A stretch of DNA of 64,000 nucleotides from Laetmonice hystrix. Lineage: Eukaryota. Under the pieces are notes generated by a model. It had not been told where the DNA came from and made no database searches. It saw only the letters and a list, made by a program, of their open reading frames with translations. Positions 14,047-27,037 of this stretch are shown piece by piece. Position 1 is the first letter of the stretch. Every line of letters begins with the position of its first letter. The translations under genes and the position numbers were made by a program. Location: the NCBI GenBank assembly GCA_965235115.1, contig OZ249436.1, forward strand, positions 36,830,001-36,894,000. The letters run 5' to 3'.

Positions 14047-14339
14047 TTAATTAAAGGGAAATGCACCAAACCACAGACCATGCGTTTTTCCGGCCCTGTG
14101 ACACTAACATGTTATGTTCGGTTAAAAAAGTCGTCCCAAAATAATCGTCCCAAAATACCGCGGTCTCGTGACTCTCGCCTGCATGCGTGAACAGTGACGA
14201 CACAACCGTCGAAGCCACTTACCACATCTCAGAGTTTGAAGAGATATTAATAATTTTGGCATAATTTAAATAAATATGAAGGAAAACAATTCCTCTGGAT
14301 AGGGGGAAATTCTTAGAGGGAGAAAACGTGTTCTCCTAA

Positions 14340-14496
14340 CCCTTTGAATCTTATTGGCCGAATTTCCGGCCAAAGTACATTTTAAAATATACCGATTGGC
14401 CGGTTTTCCGGCCAGCTCATTAAGCTTAATTTAATGACCAGAAAAAAAGTCCAGGTATATAGAAAAATGATCAATAATGGTTTAGGGTTCAAAGGG
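14340..14496. mobile_element. piggyBac-like MITE, 157 bp
   Basis: CTAA|CCCTTTGAATCTTA ... TAGGGTTCAAAGGG|CTAA; CCC..GGG termini and an identical 4-bp CTAA duplication. Confidence 0.75.
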
Positions 14497-17400
14497 CTAA
14501 TGCGTATGGTGTATTTTTTAAGCAAGGAGTTCACAGCAACTATTCGAATGAGACGGCAAAACTGTTTCCAGATGCTAGTAGGGACAACGACGGGGTTCTC
14601 GACGCAGATGGAAGTAGAACCAGCAGCGAACACAGATGGCGCTTAAGATTGGGTGTGTGCGTGTGTGGGCGGGGGGGGGGGATGGCCAGCACACTACCTA
14701 CCACGGAGAATTATTTGTTTGAAAAGAAACTATAAACCTTGAACTGATTCCAGCATTATATTGCAGAAGCTACCATGTAGAATTATTTGCCAGCTGCAGG
14801 TACAGATTGGACAGTGTTTTGTTACGCCCTGCATATCGTTTCTTAATGTGATGTTTCTCAAGGACTTCAAGTCGTTCGATAAGGCAACCGCCTCACGAGA
14901 ACCTTGACATCTGTTAGCGTGTATGTTTCGAGGAAGCCTCCTCCTGGCTCGAGCACAAAGTGATGAGGGCGCCACCTTGTGTCAATTAAGGGCGCATGCC
15001 AACGACATTAAAAGTCACCGAGACGAAGTATATCTTTTCGACGTCAGGTCGTTAACATTCTCCGTAATAGAAGCGACTTTTACAGGCATAAGGACATCGT
15101 GTATTTAGCCCTATGCCACGTATATTGAAAAAACAACTCCCCTGCCTCCTCTTCGGGAGAAGAAGCCCAGGGGAGTTGTGCAGAAGGAGGTTTGACAAAG
15201 AAAGGAGCCGTGGGAAGGGGGGAGGGGTCCTCAATCGACAGACAACGCATAGGACGCCCCTCTTCCTTTATAAACGGGACATACTCCCCTTTAACTAAGC
15301 CACAGCTACTATGGCCATATAGGGCTGTTTTCAGCAGAATCTTAAAGGGGTACATTGGGAAGAATCGCACTTTTGAACGGCTTTTGAATCTCTTGTGAGG
15401 CATTATAACAGTTAAATGCAAAACGTAAAAAAATTGGATGAAAACAGTTGCTTTGCCTTAGAAATGGCATAACTTCCAACGGGGTCACTTGGGACAACGC
15501 TTTTTTCAGGCCTCTTTACGCTATCCTTTTAGAAAAAGGCAAAGTTTCGACTCTTTGAAATTTCATGCAATATTGTTGAATGACTAATGATACGGTATAC
15601 GTAATTTCAAGTAAACATGTTAAAAAGAAATATTAATTTAAGTGCATGGAAACAGTGTGCGTGCAGTATATAGACACGGTCCAGGTTCATGCAGACGTAC
15701 TGTTCATTGAGGAATGTAAAGATCACTTGATGAGTTGGACCCCGGCTTAGTGAACACATTCTGCCGTCAATGATGTCATATTAATCGGTCCGTGGTATAG
15801 AGGCACACTGGGAAAAGCTAAAATAGGAGGCCTGTTGTTATTTTCCTCCCTAATAAAAAGTCGTGCACTCCACTTGAACCCGCATACGCTTAAATGGTTG
15901 GCTCTGGAGCCAGTAAATAGATTGCTAATAGATCAGCTTTTTATGACTTACCATGCCAGAAGCTCATGTTACCCAGCAATCCATCTGCATAGTTGACCTG
16001 ACACAACATTCTTTGCTTGATGAAGATTCCTTTCACTACTAATTTTACTGACCCTTTCACGCGATATCACCGATCTCGCCAGGAGGTGATGATAAATATG
16101 GCACGAAGTTTTTTTTCTAAAAGTAAAACTTACATCAGAGCACATGTATTATTTTTAGATCACTTGATAACCAGCGTGCTTTGTGACTTAAATCATCTTT
16201 TCATCGTGTGCTCAACATACTTTCCAATTTCGGTATCTCTGCTTCATTAGCTTACCTCGAGTCGATGAGAGGCTAAACGTATGCAAGAGATGAAGTTCAG
16301 ATTTGCAGAACGTGGCACCGGAAGGCCTTACCTCCTCTAGTTTTTTTTTCGCTCACTTCATTAGTTCCAACAAAGGGGTTTTTTTTCATTCGCGAACTTA
16401 GTTCTGCTGATCAAATGCTCGAGGCTGAGCGTGGCAAAATAATACGTGCGTTCATGGAGAACAAGGCGGATTTATTTCTTTTTTCTTTCGGAATTAAAAT
16501 AAAAGGGCTATGTAATTGATAAAGCTCTCTTGTGACTTCATTCTGAGAGAATTGTTGAACGAGCGTCGGTATCAACACAAGTTTAAAAGCAAATAAAGTA
16601 AGGACAGCCGGATTGAAAAACGTAGCAACAAATATAAGTTTGTATACACCTGTTAATTCTCGAGGGAATCGAATCAGAGAACCTCTTTATGTGAACTCGC
16701 TGGCACCCAGTAAAAGCCACCATAGCTTCAAAATGCGAAACAATCGTATGGACTTTGTACTGGAAAGAAAATATAGAAGCAGAAAAATCAGATGGACTTA
16801 AAAATACCAGTTCCTAGCTCTGTTGGAGAGGGCGCGGCACAGTAATTCGAGTTTTCCCGGGGGGGGGGGGGGGGAGACTGGAGGCTGCATTCTTTATTCT
16901 CAATGTTTGGACTCGCGCCAACTCAGTAGGGCTATTGGTAAAAACTTTGATCTCCCCAGAAACTAACTTTACTTCCGTGGCAAACTCACCAGCACACGCC
17001 TACATAATTCCAAATGAGTAAACTTTACTGCCTTGTCCATATGGCGAGAATACAATTGTCAAAACCTGTTTGTACAGGCCAGGCACACAGACCCTGAAAT
17101 TCTGAGCATGTTAGAAAAGATGTTAACACAATTGGTCCTCAAATAGTTAAGATACAAGCCTTTTAGTGCCGGAGCCTGCTCCGCGGGCGGATACCGTCAT
17201 AGCGTCTGCTAGTTTTGGCGTCACAGGGCCTGACCAATCACAGCACGACTGCTCTCCAGTTTGGGAGGAACTAAAAACTGACATACATGTATGTGGCTTT
17301 GAGCGATTCGGTAGGTAGCGGCCGGATAACTACGCTCGGAGGTGTGATGTTGAGGAAGCTCAGCCCGGCTGGGCCCCCACCCTGATTACGAACGGGCACT

Positions 17401-17594
17401 GATATCCGGGCAATGTTGTGGATTCGAAGTTATTCCGTTGAATCGAAGAGAAAGAAATCTAATCCAGACCCCCTAAACCCCCCTGGACCCCCCCCTGGAC
17501 TCGTGCCTGCTGCAGAGACCATTCTATATGGGCAAAACCAGCAACCAAATTTGGGGTCCTGAATGCCCCAAAACGGTACATAAGAGAGTAAGAG

Positions 17595-17652
17595 TGGGAG
17601 AGGGAGGGGGAGGGAGAGGGGGGAGGGGGAGGGAGGGAGAGAGAGAGAGGGG

Positions 17653-17724
<72 letters not shown>
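17595..17724 (+). repeat. Purine tract / (GA)n microsatellite
   Basis: G-rich purine run followed by more than 30 GA units. Confidence 0.98.
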
Positions 17725-17727
<3 letters not shown>

Positions 17728-18354
17728 TCCAACAACGCTACCTTAGGAGCAACCAGAACGGAACACATACAAAATGACAGTAAAGTCACCTGCATGTCAT
17801 TTAGCTCCACTTTCCTTTACGCATCGAAAGGAAAACATGAAGGCAAATGAACGAAAAGAGAGTGAGAAAACATCAGCAAACAACTTCTTACCTCCAGCAT
17901 GGAGAACGGCAGGATGGAGGCCCACCCGTCACCTCTGACAGGAGTAGATCACACAGAATATATTCAACTACCCTTGCGTCAGCAAACATTATACTATCGA
18001 TCCAAAGTGAAAGAGGAGAGACAACAGTACGGTTAAAAAGTAATTGGATACATCGCCTAAAGCGAAAACTAAAGCTTCGTAAAAGGAAAAAAATATGTTC
18101 TTATATGATCGATAGTGATCGCACTGCAAATAAGTCAGGGATGGGTGGTCGAGCAGTTAGAGGCTGTCGCTGCTAGCCAATTCGGGTTCGTGCCTCTTCT
18201 TGCTTGTTCGACTCATACCCCCGCCCACTCCCCCGACAAGGTTATCAAAGCAGGATGTGTAACGCTGTCTTTGTAGGGTTGCACGTGGTGTGCATTTTAC
18301 ACCACCATCATCATCACGGGGAAGAACCCCTGTCCCCCATCCCACAACAAGTGT

Positions 18355-19725
18355 ACGGACAGCCACCCCGGAGACAATATCCTCGTAGGACAACAATGCC
18401 CAGCAGGACTACTGCCCTGTAGGAAATCACCCCGGAGAACAATCGCTCCGTAATACAACCCTACTCCGCAGGACAATGTCTCCTTACGACAATCACTCAG
18501 ATACACAGATCGATTTACGGCAGCTTTTGAGATAGGGCCGATTTTTCTCCATAGGAAAACTATGGAGAAAAGTATAGGTGTTGGTGGGGGTTACGACCTG
18601 GGACTTGGTAAAAGTCGATAGTGATCACCTGTAAGACATCAAGAAATTTGCTGCACATTTACTTTGTATTCAATTGATATAATATTGAATACTCATGAGT
18701 GAGTGATTGCATTGGAGGTTTTACGCCCTAGCTTCTAGAAATAAACCTGCCACCGGGAGGCAATCCCCTACTCCTTTTCGAAAAATGGCAAAGGTTCGAT
18801 TCTATGTCCAGTCGCACAGACACGGTTGGACATACCAAAGCCTTTGATGCCACAGTTGCGGCGCACTGGGGAGAGCGAGGGAGAAAAATGGTTCTGGAAG
18901 GATGGGAATCTATCTGTGGCCGAGTTCCCCAAGTTCCACCGTTAGATTTTACTGTGATTATGAGGTTAGAAACAGGGAAGGCCAGCCAGGGAAAATTGAA
19001 TTGAAAATTGAAAAAAGATTTCACCATTAAAACAAAAATCGCATGGTCAACGGGACGAATAATTGTGAATTCTATAGCAAAACGGGGCGATTGTCCTCAG
19101 GGGGCTGCCCTGCAGCACTCTCAGGACAGAGATCGTGCATTTCATTTAATCTCTGACACAGGCTGGGTACTGCCGTTCGAGTGACCCCCGACCTGACCTA
19201 GAAATCCCCGACCGGGACTGCCGAACATTGCCGAGGTCGAATCGTGGCTGCTCGATTTTGCTGAGGCACTCTTGTTGTTTACTTTTACGGTGCAGACTGT
19301 CACAATATGATGCCATACAAATAAACATCTAAATCTTCGGAGAAATCATCTGCAGTCGCTATGTTGAACGGAAGTACCTAGTCGGAAACACCCGAAGTAT
19401 TTCGAATCATCCCGAAATTGGCCAACCGACTTGCGACTATAGCTGATTTCCCTCCGCAAATGTAGTTCCTAAGATTTCATCAGATATTTCTCTTGTACGG
19501 GGAATGTCACTTGTTATAATCTCGGTTTTGGGATTATATAGATAATATAGATTTTAAAAGTTAGGTGTGGCAGAGGGGTAGTGGAGCGAGCCCCTCTGCA
19601 TTATGGGAGATTGGCCCTACAGGGTAATGGTCCTGCGGGGCAATAACACAGAGTACCCTACGGTAGTCCTACGGGATAGTCCTAAGGGGCAAAAGTCCTA
19701 CAGGGTGATTGCCCCCAGGACTAAT
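18355..19725. mobile_element. Decayed element(s) of the GGACAA..CCCC subterminal-repeat family, with internal insertions
   Basis: Forward units at 18355-18490; inverted units at about 19080-19110 and 19605-19720; same family as 5885-6355. Confidence 0.5.
18694..18930 (-). mobile_element. MetaSINE-like SINE copy
   Basis: Minus strand reads ggtatgtccaaccgtgtctgtgcgactggacat...tcgaaaaggagtaggggattgcctcccggtggcagg...ggcgtaaaacctccaat..cactcactca; homologous to 52170-52410 and resembles the Meta central domain as I recall it. Confidence 0.7.
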
Positions 19726-20929
19726 ACTATTTATGGCCACAAAAACCTTGAGTCCAAAAGAATAAGATGCAAAAGATAATTCGGCAAGTCGTTAGTTTGG
19801 TCCATCATTACATAGCCTACAGCCTTCCCTAAATGACCTGTCCCATTTACTATGCATTCTATAACGCCTGATCCTATAATTGCAATATGTTTACAGTATG
19901 TGTAGTCTACTGTTCACAATTGTATAAGAAATTATTCTAGTAGAAAAAAGTTAATGTAGGCTATTGGGTACATTCCGTTCTGCCCGAAATCCCATTTCAT
20001 CCCGCAATGCTAGAAGGTAGGCCTACAAAACAAATGGCGGAACTGTCGGCCTGAAGCAAACAGAATGGAAGTCGTTGGATGGACCAGATCCTACATTGTC
20101 TCTATCTTTTTAATCAAGAGGTTGCCGTTATTTTTGTCACCCTGTGAAATTGTAGTAGATCTACGTGACTCTTGCCTTAATGTAGACATTCAATCAGTTG
20201 CATGTCTGAGTTTGCAGTCTCCTCTCTAAAGCACTGTGGCGTTACAGTATGCAGAATGACTTTATTTGGCACTTTTGATATTCGGTTTGTTATAGGCATG
20301 CATCACTGTTGCAGAATACAGCTAAGATTCAGTGGCTGACTAGCACAATAGAGTCTAGAGTGTTGGCAATGAAAAGTACAGGCAACTATCATGACTAATA
20401 AACTTCCGCGCTGTCTCTATATGGTTCGATCAATAGCAGTTTAGCGGAGCGTTGCCATGTCAAAGGTTCTCCCCGCTCAAAGTGGCGACCAAATGTCGGC
20501 CATCTAAAAATTGTCACACCCAGATTTCATAGTTACGCTTCCAATTCGGGAACATTATTTGCGATTGCATGCGGTTCTGTTCGGCACTCCCAAAGTTTTT
20601 GCTTTCATGGGACCAACCTCTCTATATAAAGAATACAGCATCTATAGCTCTATTTTGGTCTATAGACGGGACCGTTTTCTAGTGAAGAGAAGCCAAAGTA
20701 ATTTAAAGTAGTGCCCACATTACAAAAGGACCAATTCAGACAGGACTACTCGGTTGTTGAAACTTATTGCACATCTTGCCGGGGCAAACATTGTCACTAC
20801 CTATCATCTTGGTTACAGCTGTCTTCTTATAGATATCCATATGGACAAGATGGTGGCAGCGCCCCTCCAAATCCACTCTCCTAGTGTTCACAAGGGGCCC
20901 ATTCCTTTGCGTGGAAAGGTCTCTCATGA

Positions 20930-21410
20930 TTCGCAAGCTAAGGAAATGAGATTACTGATTTCAAGCAAGAGAAAACAGCGATTTCGTTCGTATCTTTGGG
21001 GAATCCCATGTAGGACAGGACATAGAGATAACAGCATTGGAAGCGTGTAAGTACTTAGGGTGGAAATACGACCACATAATGTGGTGCACAGCACGCATAG
21101 CACTTCAGAGACATTTCGCACAAAACAAGGTCTTCCCATTCCTCTTAGTGATGTTCTTCAGGTCGGTACGCATGTCGTAGACGCCGCCCGACTGCATTTA
21201 CAAACTGCGTGCTTCTGAAATCTTGAGCTGATGAGGAATCATTGGATATAACCTCTCATCCTAAACGGGGTTTCCACTGTTCAGTGGATCAAGGAAATTA
21301 TCTCTCAGAAGTCGGCTAGTTGATATGGTAAATCTATTTTGTAACAGTCCTATTCATCCTTGTTAGGGATATCTTTTTGGCTATAAATTAGGCTTGAATC
21401 TTGAATCTCA
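20930..21410 (+). mobile_element. Highly decayed 3' part of a CR1-group (Rex1/Babar-like) LINE
   Basis: Frameshifted translation AKEM/ITDFKQEK...GQDIEI..EACKYLG resembles the RT C-terminal KTKEMIIDFR...E.V..YKYLG motif; followed by a ttgaatcttgaatct tail repeat at 21394. Confidence 0.5.
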
Positions 21411-22626
21411 ATATTCTTTTTTTAGGTCTTGGATTCGCATTTTAAACCCTATGTAATACATTTTTGCATTGTGCATTCTTATACGCTAATTGTTGTTTAT
21501 CGCGTTTAAAGAAAACAAAAACAACAAACTTAGTACGTTTAGATATATTCTGCAATTTGTTTCAATTGTATTTACTTGGAAATGCAAAAGTGCATAAAGT
21601 TGGTGTTTTTAGTTACAAGTAAATGTCAACAAACATTTGAATAAATAAAATTAAAAAGTAAGAATCCCCCCGACACTCTCAGGCAGTCAGAGATTTAATA
21701 GGCCTAATAGTTCTACACGACAACATGATTGGCCCAGAGAGATTTGTAGGGACATCTCAGGAGCAGGATGCTCTGGGATTAGATGTCTCTACCGGGAAGA
21801 TCATCCTCCCCCGCTCGGGGTTGGCCCGCTTCCAGTGATTCACCCCCTCCCGCCTGCCCGCCTATTCTCAGAAACGCGTAGCTCGCAGCGCCATCTGTTT
21901 TCCACCTTGCTGCGGTACACTGCAGCCCAATCAGATAAACAGCACTGCCTGAGGCGAGATTCATAAAAATCAGCGTGCATGTCTGGTTAGCCAAAAGAAA
22001 CGTCCCCGGCCCAGAGGCCGAGAGCGACAGCCAGCGCCAGTGCTAGCGATCATCCAGACCCTCAGCGGCCCTAGCAGAGGGTCTGGAATCTTTTGTATCT
22101 CCCGGTTGTGAGACTGTTCCGAGACATAAGCGGCTTTCAAAAAGTAGGCTACAGAAATTCTGCATCCGGTCGTCTTGCAGCCGATTGGTTAAATTTAACG
22201 GAAGTCTGCTCATTCTGATCAACGGCTGGTTCTAGCGTTCTAGCGACGTTTTATACAAGCCTCCAACGGCGGCATCATGCATGCACAGACTTCGGTAGGC
22301 CTACCCCGCCTGCAGCCCCGGCCGCCACCTCGGGCTCGGTCACTCCCGCCGGGCTGAGCCTGCAAGTCCGACCTTCCGCAGTCTGCTGCTCAGTGCGGCA
22401 TCTGCCATATTTTCAAGCCTGAGACATCCTCGGTTTAATAGGAAAACCCGTAACTAATATTGGAGCGCTATTGGGCGGAATGTGTGTTTTACATTCTAGT
22501 CTAGAGACGTTTTGCAAGGTCGGCATCATCCCTGCTTGCATGGACTCTGGCGTCCTGCCTGCCTGCCGCCTCGCTCCCCTGCCCCTGGCCCCCACCGGTC
22601 GCTCCCGGCGGGTGAGCCAGTAAGTG

Positions 22627-23416
22627 CAGGTGTACTATGAAATATTGTTGCCTATGAAATATTGCAGCATTGCGTCACTGCAATATTTCATAGCCTATAG
22701 CTATTAAATATTGCTGCCTATGAAATATTGCAGTGACGCAATACTGCAATATTTCATAGCCTGCAATATTTCATAGGTACAGGCTATGAAGTGTTACTGC
22801 CTATGAAATATTGCAGTATTGCATGACTGCATTATTTTATAGGCAGCAATATATCATAGCCTGTAGCTATGAAATATTGCAGTCCGTGAAATATTTCAGT
22901 AGCCTACTAGGCTTTTTCAAGACTTCAATATTTCATAGGCGGCATTATTCCATAGCTATAGGTATGAAATATTGCAGTCCGTGGAATATTGCAGTAGCCT
23001 ACTAGGCTTTTTCAAGACTGCAATATTTCATAGGCGGCATTATTCCATAGCTATAGCTATGAAATATTGCAGTCCGTGAAATATTGCAGTAGCCTACTAG
23101 GCTTTTTCAAGACTGCAATATTTCATAGGCGGCATTATTCCATAGCTATAGCTATGAAATATTGCAGTCCGTGAAATATTGCAGTAGCCTACTAGGCTTT
23201 TTCAAGACTGCAATATTTTATAGGCGGCATTATTCCATAGCTATAGCTATGAAATATTGCAGTCATGAGATGCTGCAATATTCTACGGACTGCAATATTT
23301 CATAGCCTATAGCTATAAAATAATGCCGCCTATGAAATATTGCAGTCATGAAATATTGCAGCATTTTTACGCATTACTGCAATATTTCATGACTGCAATA
23401 TTTCATGGCACACCTG
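22627..23416 (+). mobile_element. CAGGTGT..ACACCTG foldback element built from TGAAATATTGCAG subunits, with an internal 95-bp tandem array
   Basis: Termini caggtgtac / ggcacacctg; 95-bp period (agtagcctactagg at 22898, 22993, 23088, 23183); second copy at 42715-43200. Confidence 0.88.
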
Positions 23417-24349
23417 TCTACCCCCGCGGCCCACTGCCCAGCACGGCATAGGGACCTGGATCACTGCCATATTTAATCGGTCACCTACATATAGGCTAGT
23501 AATATGTCGTTTTATAAGCAATTAACTTTATTGTACGAACCATAGAACTTTAGAAACTGAGTAAGATAGTATTAAGGATTTTTCAAATTTCAACTGACAA
23601 TTGACATGCACACATGTGTTAGATCTAGGCCTACACCGCACAATGCAATCAGTCGGCCTATAGGCCTATAGCCAAAATAGGGGGCCTATATATTGAATGA
23701 AGGAATGACGAGTCATATTTTACACATGATGACGACTTTTTCTTAGTGATATAATAAAACGTAGTCTTGTCGAGCAATTTTATCAAGCGAATTTTCGTGA
23801 AGCGAAAAGGTCGGTTGTTTTGTTTTTCTCTGGCCTCCTCGGGCCGCTCATGTTCCTAAACGTTCGACGCGCCACCATGCGGTAACAATGAAAGAACGGA
23901 AATCTCCCAGACTCTCTTCTCTGAGAGTCTGGCGTTACCGAGACTGCGATGACAGGGCCCCGTTGCATATTTTTTTCCCTTAAGGATCACTAAAACCTTT
24001 ACGATCCTTAATTTTTTGCGACTACTAAGGGCCCTACTGACCGTGCCGTTGCATATCAGATACCCCATGTTGTCACAAGGGTTAGCGCTCGCAATGTTAG
24101 AAGTCGCTATCTGCAACGCGCCCAATATTAGCAGTCGTTACACAATCCCCATTAGTGGTCGTAAAAGTACCTGAGAGCAACACCTCACTGCGACACCAGC
24201 TTCTTGAGGCAGTTCCCTAATTAGTCGTCAGGGGGCGGAATGGGTACACCGGACTGGACCTTGTATGTTGCTTTATGTCAACAATTGTCCATGTTCGTCA
24301 CAGCCGGTCTTTTATGAGTTGTAAAATAACACATAAAAATACATACAGA

Positions 24350-25345
24350 CATTTTGTAAGCCTGTTGACCCATAGGCTACACGACGAAGATTGATATGGA
24401 GAGCGCATTGTGGAACCTGTCAAATTTGACCAGGATAATTGGAAGAGATCTACTTCAAAATCGTACATTTATGTGAGATGTGACGTGTGACCCAGTCCTT
24501 ACGAAGGTCAAAAGTCATCAGTAAAATATTGGTAAAAAATGTACTAATTAGGAACCAGCCCACATATTTTAGTTGCATTCAGTTGTGTGGTCAGAGCCCT
24601 TTAAATAGTGAAACTTCTAGGTCACGTAACTTAGATCTATATCAACAAATCTATACCAAATTGGGCTAAACCCCATGTGCAGTGTATGGGAACTCATTGG
24701 AAGGAGTATTCTCCCTGGGTTAGCGGTCAGCTGTGGGGATGGTTTTCAGAATAATTTGTAGTTCAATAATATTGTGTGCTAAAATTTGGGTCAACATCCC
24801 ACTTGCTTTAAAAGCAAAACTAGTTTCTGTTAAAAACCGCGAGAGATATGATTGATTTCTGGCGAAAGGGCCACAGAGCCCCTCTTTTAGGTCCTATGAG
24901 TGACCATCAAATTGAAAAATATATATATATATAGCTGAATAGTTTTACTAAAAATGTAAATTTGCATTTGGACGTTTACAATACGAAAAGTATCTGATAA
25001 AAAATACTTTTTCATAGTGGGATTCGAACCCATGATAAACAGCCTGTATGACGGGTATGCTACACATTTAGCTATTGAGACTCACAACGAAAGCGTTTGC
25101 ATTTTGACGTTAAGAATACGAAAAAATTCAGAAAAAAAATTTCAACCGTTAGTGGGATTCGAACCAATGATGTCCAGCTTTCCGGTCGGGTGTGTTACCC
25201 ACCCAGCTATTGAGACACACAGACCTACAAGTACGAAGGTCCTATCTAGAATAGATGAATGACGTCATGACGCGAAAAAGTCACGTTACAGGAGAAACTT
25301 TTCATAAATTTGGCTTATCATCCTACCCTATAATAGGGTAGGCTA
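24350..25345 (+). mobile_element. Possible Helentron-associated (HINE-like) interspersed element
   Basis: Short subterminal inverted repeat taagcc/ggctta and a 3' hairpin cctaccctat-a-atagggtagg (25322-25342). Confidence 0.4.
25017..25216 (-). other. Two tandem tRNA-derived segments (Pol III A/B-box-like)
   Basis: Minus strand: tctcaatagctgggtgg...ggttcgaatcccact and tctcaatagctaaatgtg...gggttcgaatcccact, about 135 bp apart; no convincing cloverleaf. Confidence 0.6.
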
Positions 25346-25928
25346 TATAATAAGATAATATAAGAGAAATGTACTGTGTGTCTTGACACATGTACATAGG
25401 CAGCAGTGACACCTTACGATCACAGCTGTCAAATTTACCTGTGAGAGAAAGTCTGTCATTTTGTCTATAGGCCTATCGGTCAACAACTAACAACCGATAA
25501 GGATTGTTAAAATGATCGAAAGTGTTGCACAGATTTAGCAGTCACTAAAATCAGAGTGTTGCATAAGAAAGAGGTCACAAATAGTGGTCCTTATAGGCGT
25601 TGCACAAAGTAGCGCTCCTTAAGCGAGGTCTTTCTGTAGGATCGCTAAACCGCCTAACAGTTGCTAAAATGGTTGCTAGAGGCCTCCGATAAGGCCCACC
25701 TAAAAGGTGCGCGCTAAAGGCTGGAAGAGTGGAGTGTCTCATCTACCTGGAGCCTATACGAGTGGCATAATGGGGTATACGTTGTATTTATGGGTCGAAC
25801 TCTTTGTAGCATGTATAATGCAAGTCCAGATACTAAATTAACTCATAAAGGATGGTCAATTTATAGTAGAATGGGGGAGAAGCTAAGAAATTAGGTTATA
25901 GCAAAAATACCGCCGTTAAAATCGTTTG

Positions 25929-26129
25929 CAGGGGCGGATCGAGGGGCGCAACCCCCATAAAAAAGTGGCTTGCACCCATACTTTGCGCAGCGCACAGTTT
26001 ACCACTTAGACTCCACGCCCCCTCCACCCCACGCCCCCCCCCCCTCCACCCCACCCCACCCCCCCTCCACCCCACCCCACCCCCCTCCACCCCACGCCCC
26101 CCCCTACAAAAATCCTGAACCCGCCCTTG
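25929..26129. mobile_element. CAGGGGCGGATC-type MITE with a C-rich core
   Basis: GTTTG|CAGGGGCGGATC ... GAACCCGCCCTTG|GTTTG, 5-bp duplication. Confidence 0.7.
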
Positions 26130-26779
26130 GTTTGTTCACTGATAACAAAGGATAACATGGAGCTAACAAGGATAAAGCTGGCCACACAGATGGTTGTGAA
26201 AAGAAAGCTATTCCAGGGATCGTATAGGCCTATGTGTGAGTCACTGGTTAGACACTGATCACCGTAACGCGCGTTACGCTGATCATAAATGGAGGATCTC
26301 GATACTCGCTTCGCGTGTTTTTGTCCCTTTTGCAAGGGTTACTCTGCATCAACAACATCAGGACAACGTCTAAATACCATGATAACAGCGTAGACTGCCG
26401 TTTGTCTTATTTCAGGGTCCTAGCAGGGCTTAAATTAAGAGAAAATGGATGCGGCAATGATACCCGTAACGCCAATTTAACACCAATTTAAGTTGGTGAA
26501 ATAATAGACGGTGAATACTTCGACTTATCATTTCAAACTTGTTTGATTTTTTGTTTAAATTTGCATAAGCCTTAGGGCCTAAAAGGAATTGTACCTAGGG
26601 CTAGGCCTACACCTTTTTTAACATCTGCGCCTTTATAGGCCATCCTTCAATATAAAACTATGATATAACATAAATATGGGTCCTCTTTGTTGTCAATGCA
26701 GAGAAATGCTTGAACTACACTAGTTTTAGTTGAAGCGAGACTTGCCTTCCTTCATCTCGGATCGGCGTAACGCGCGTAA

Positions 26780-27037
26780 AGCTGTCACTGGACGCGTGGG
26801 ACGCGAGCGATGCGCGCGTTTTTTTAGAAGTAATGGAAATGAGTGGAGTATCTGCACTGGTCGCGCAAGTTCCTGGACCCGCAAGTGATAGCCGCGCATA
26901 ATATAAATACCTATATGTTCCCAGGCCCGTAGCCTATACGCAGACGTATCACGCGCATCTGGTGAAGATAGAAAAAGATCGCGTCGCACGCATCGCACGC
27001 GTCGCGCGCGTCACACGCGTCCAGTGGGGATACAGCT
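26780..27037. mobile_element. Harbinger/Tourist-like MITE
   Basis: TAA|AGCTGT-CACTGGACGCGTG ... CACGCGTCCAGTGGGGATACAGCT|TTA; the empty site is preserved in the opposite arm (about 26255-26285) of its host element. Confidence 0.85.

Noticed and set aside
17430..17810. LSLSLS/RERERE ORFs (also about 40875-41228, 53582-54268, 61174-61822)
   Set aside because: These are translations of (GA)n/(CT)n microsatellites.
22860..23270. CRISPR-like regular palindromic array
   Set aside because: The 95-bp units are near-identical along their whole length with no unique spacers, there are no cas genes, and the context is a eukaryotic transposon.
25017..25216. Functional tRNA genes
   Set aside because: Only the A/B boxes are recognisable; acceptor and anticodon stems do not pair convincingly.
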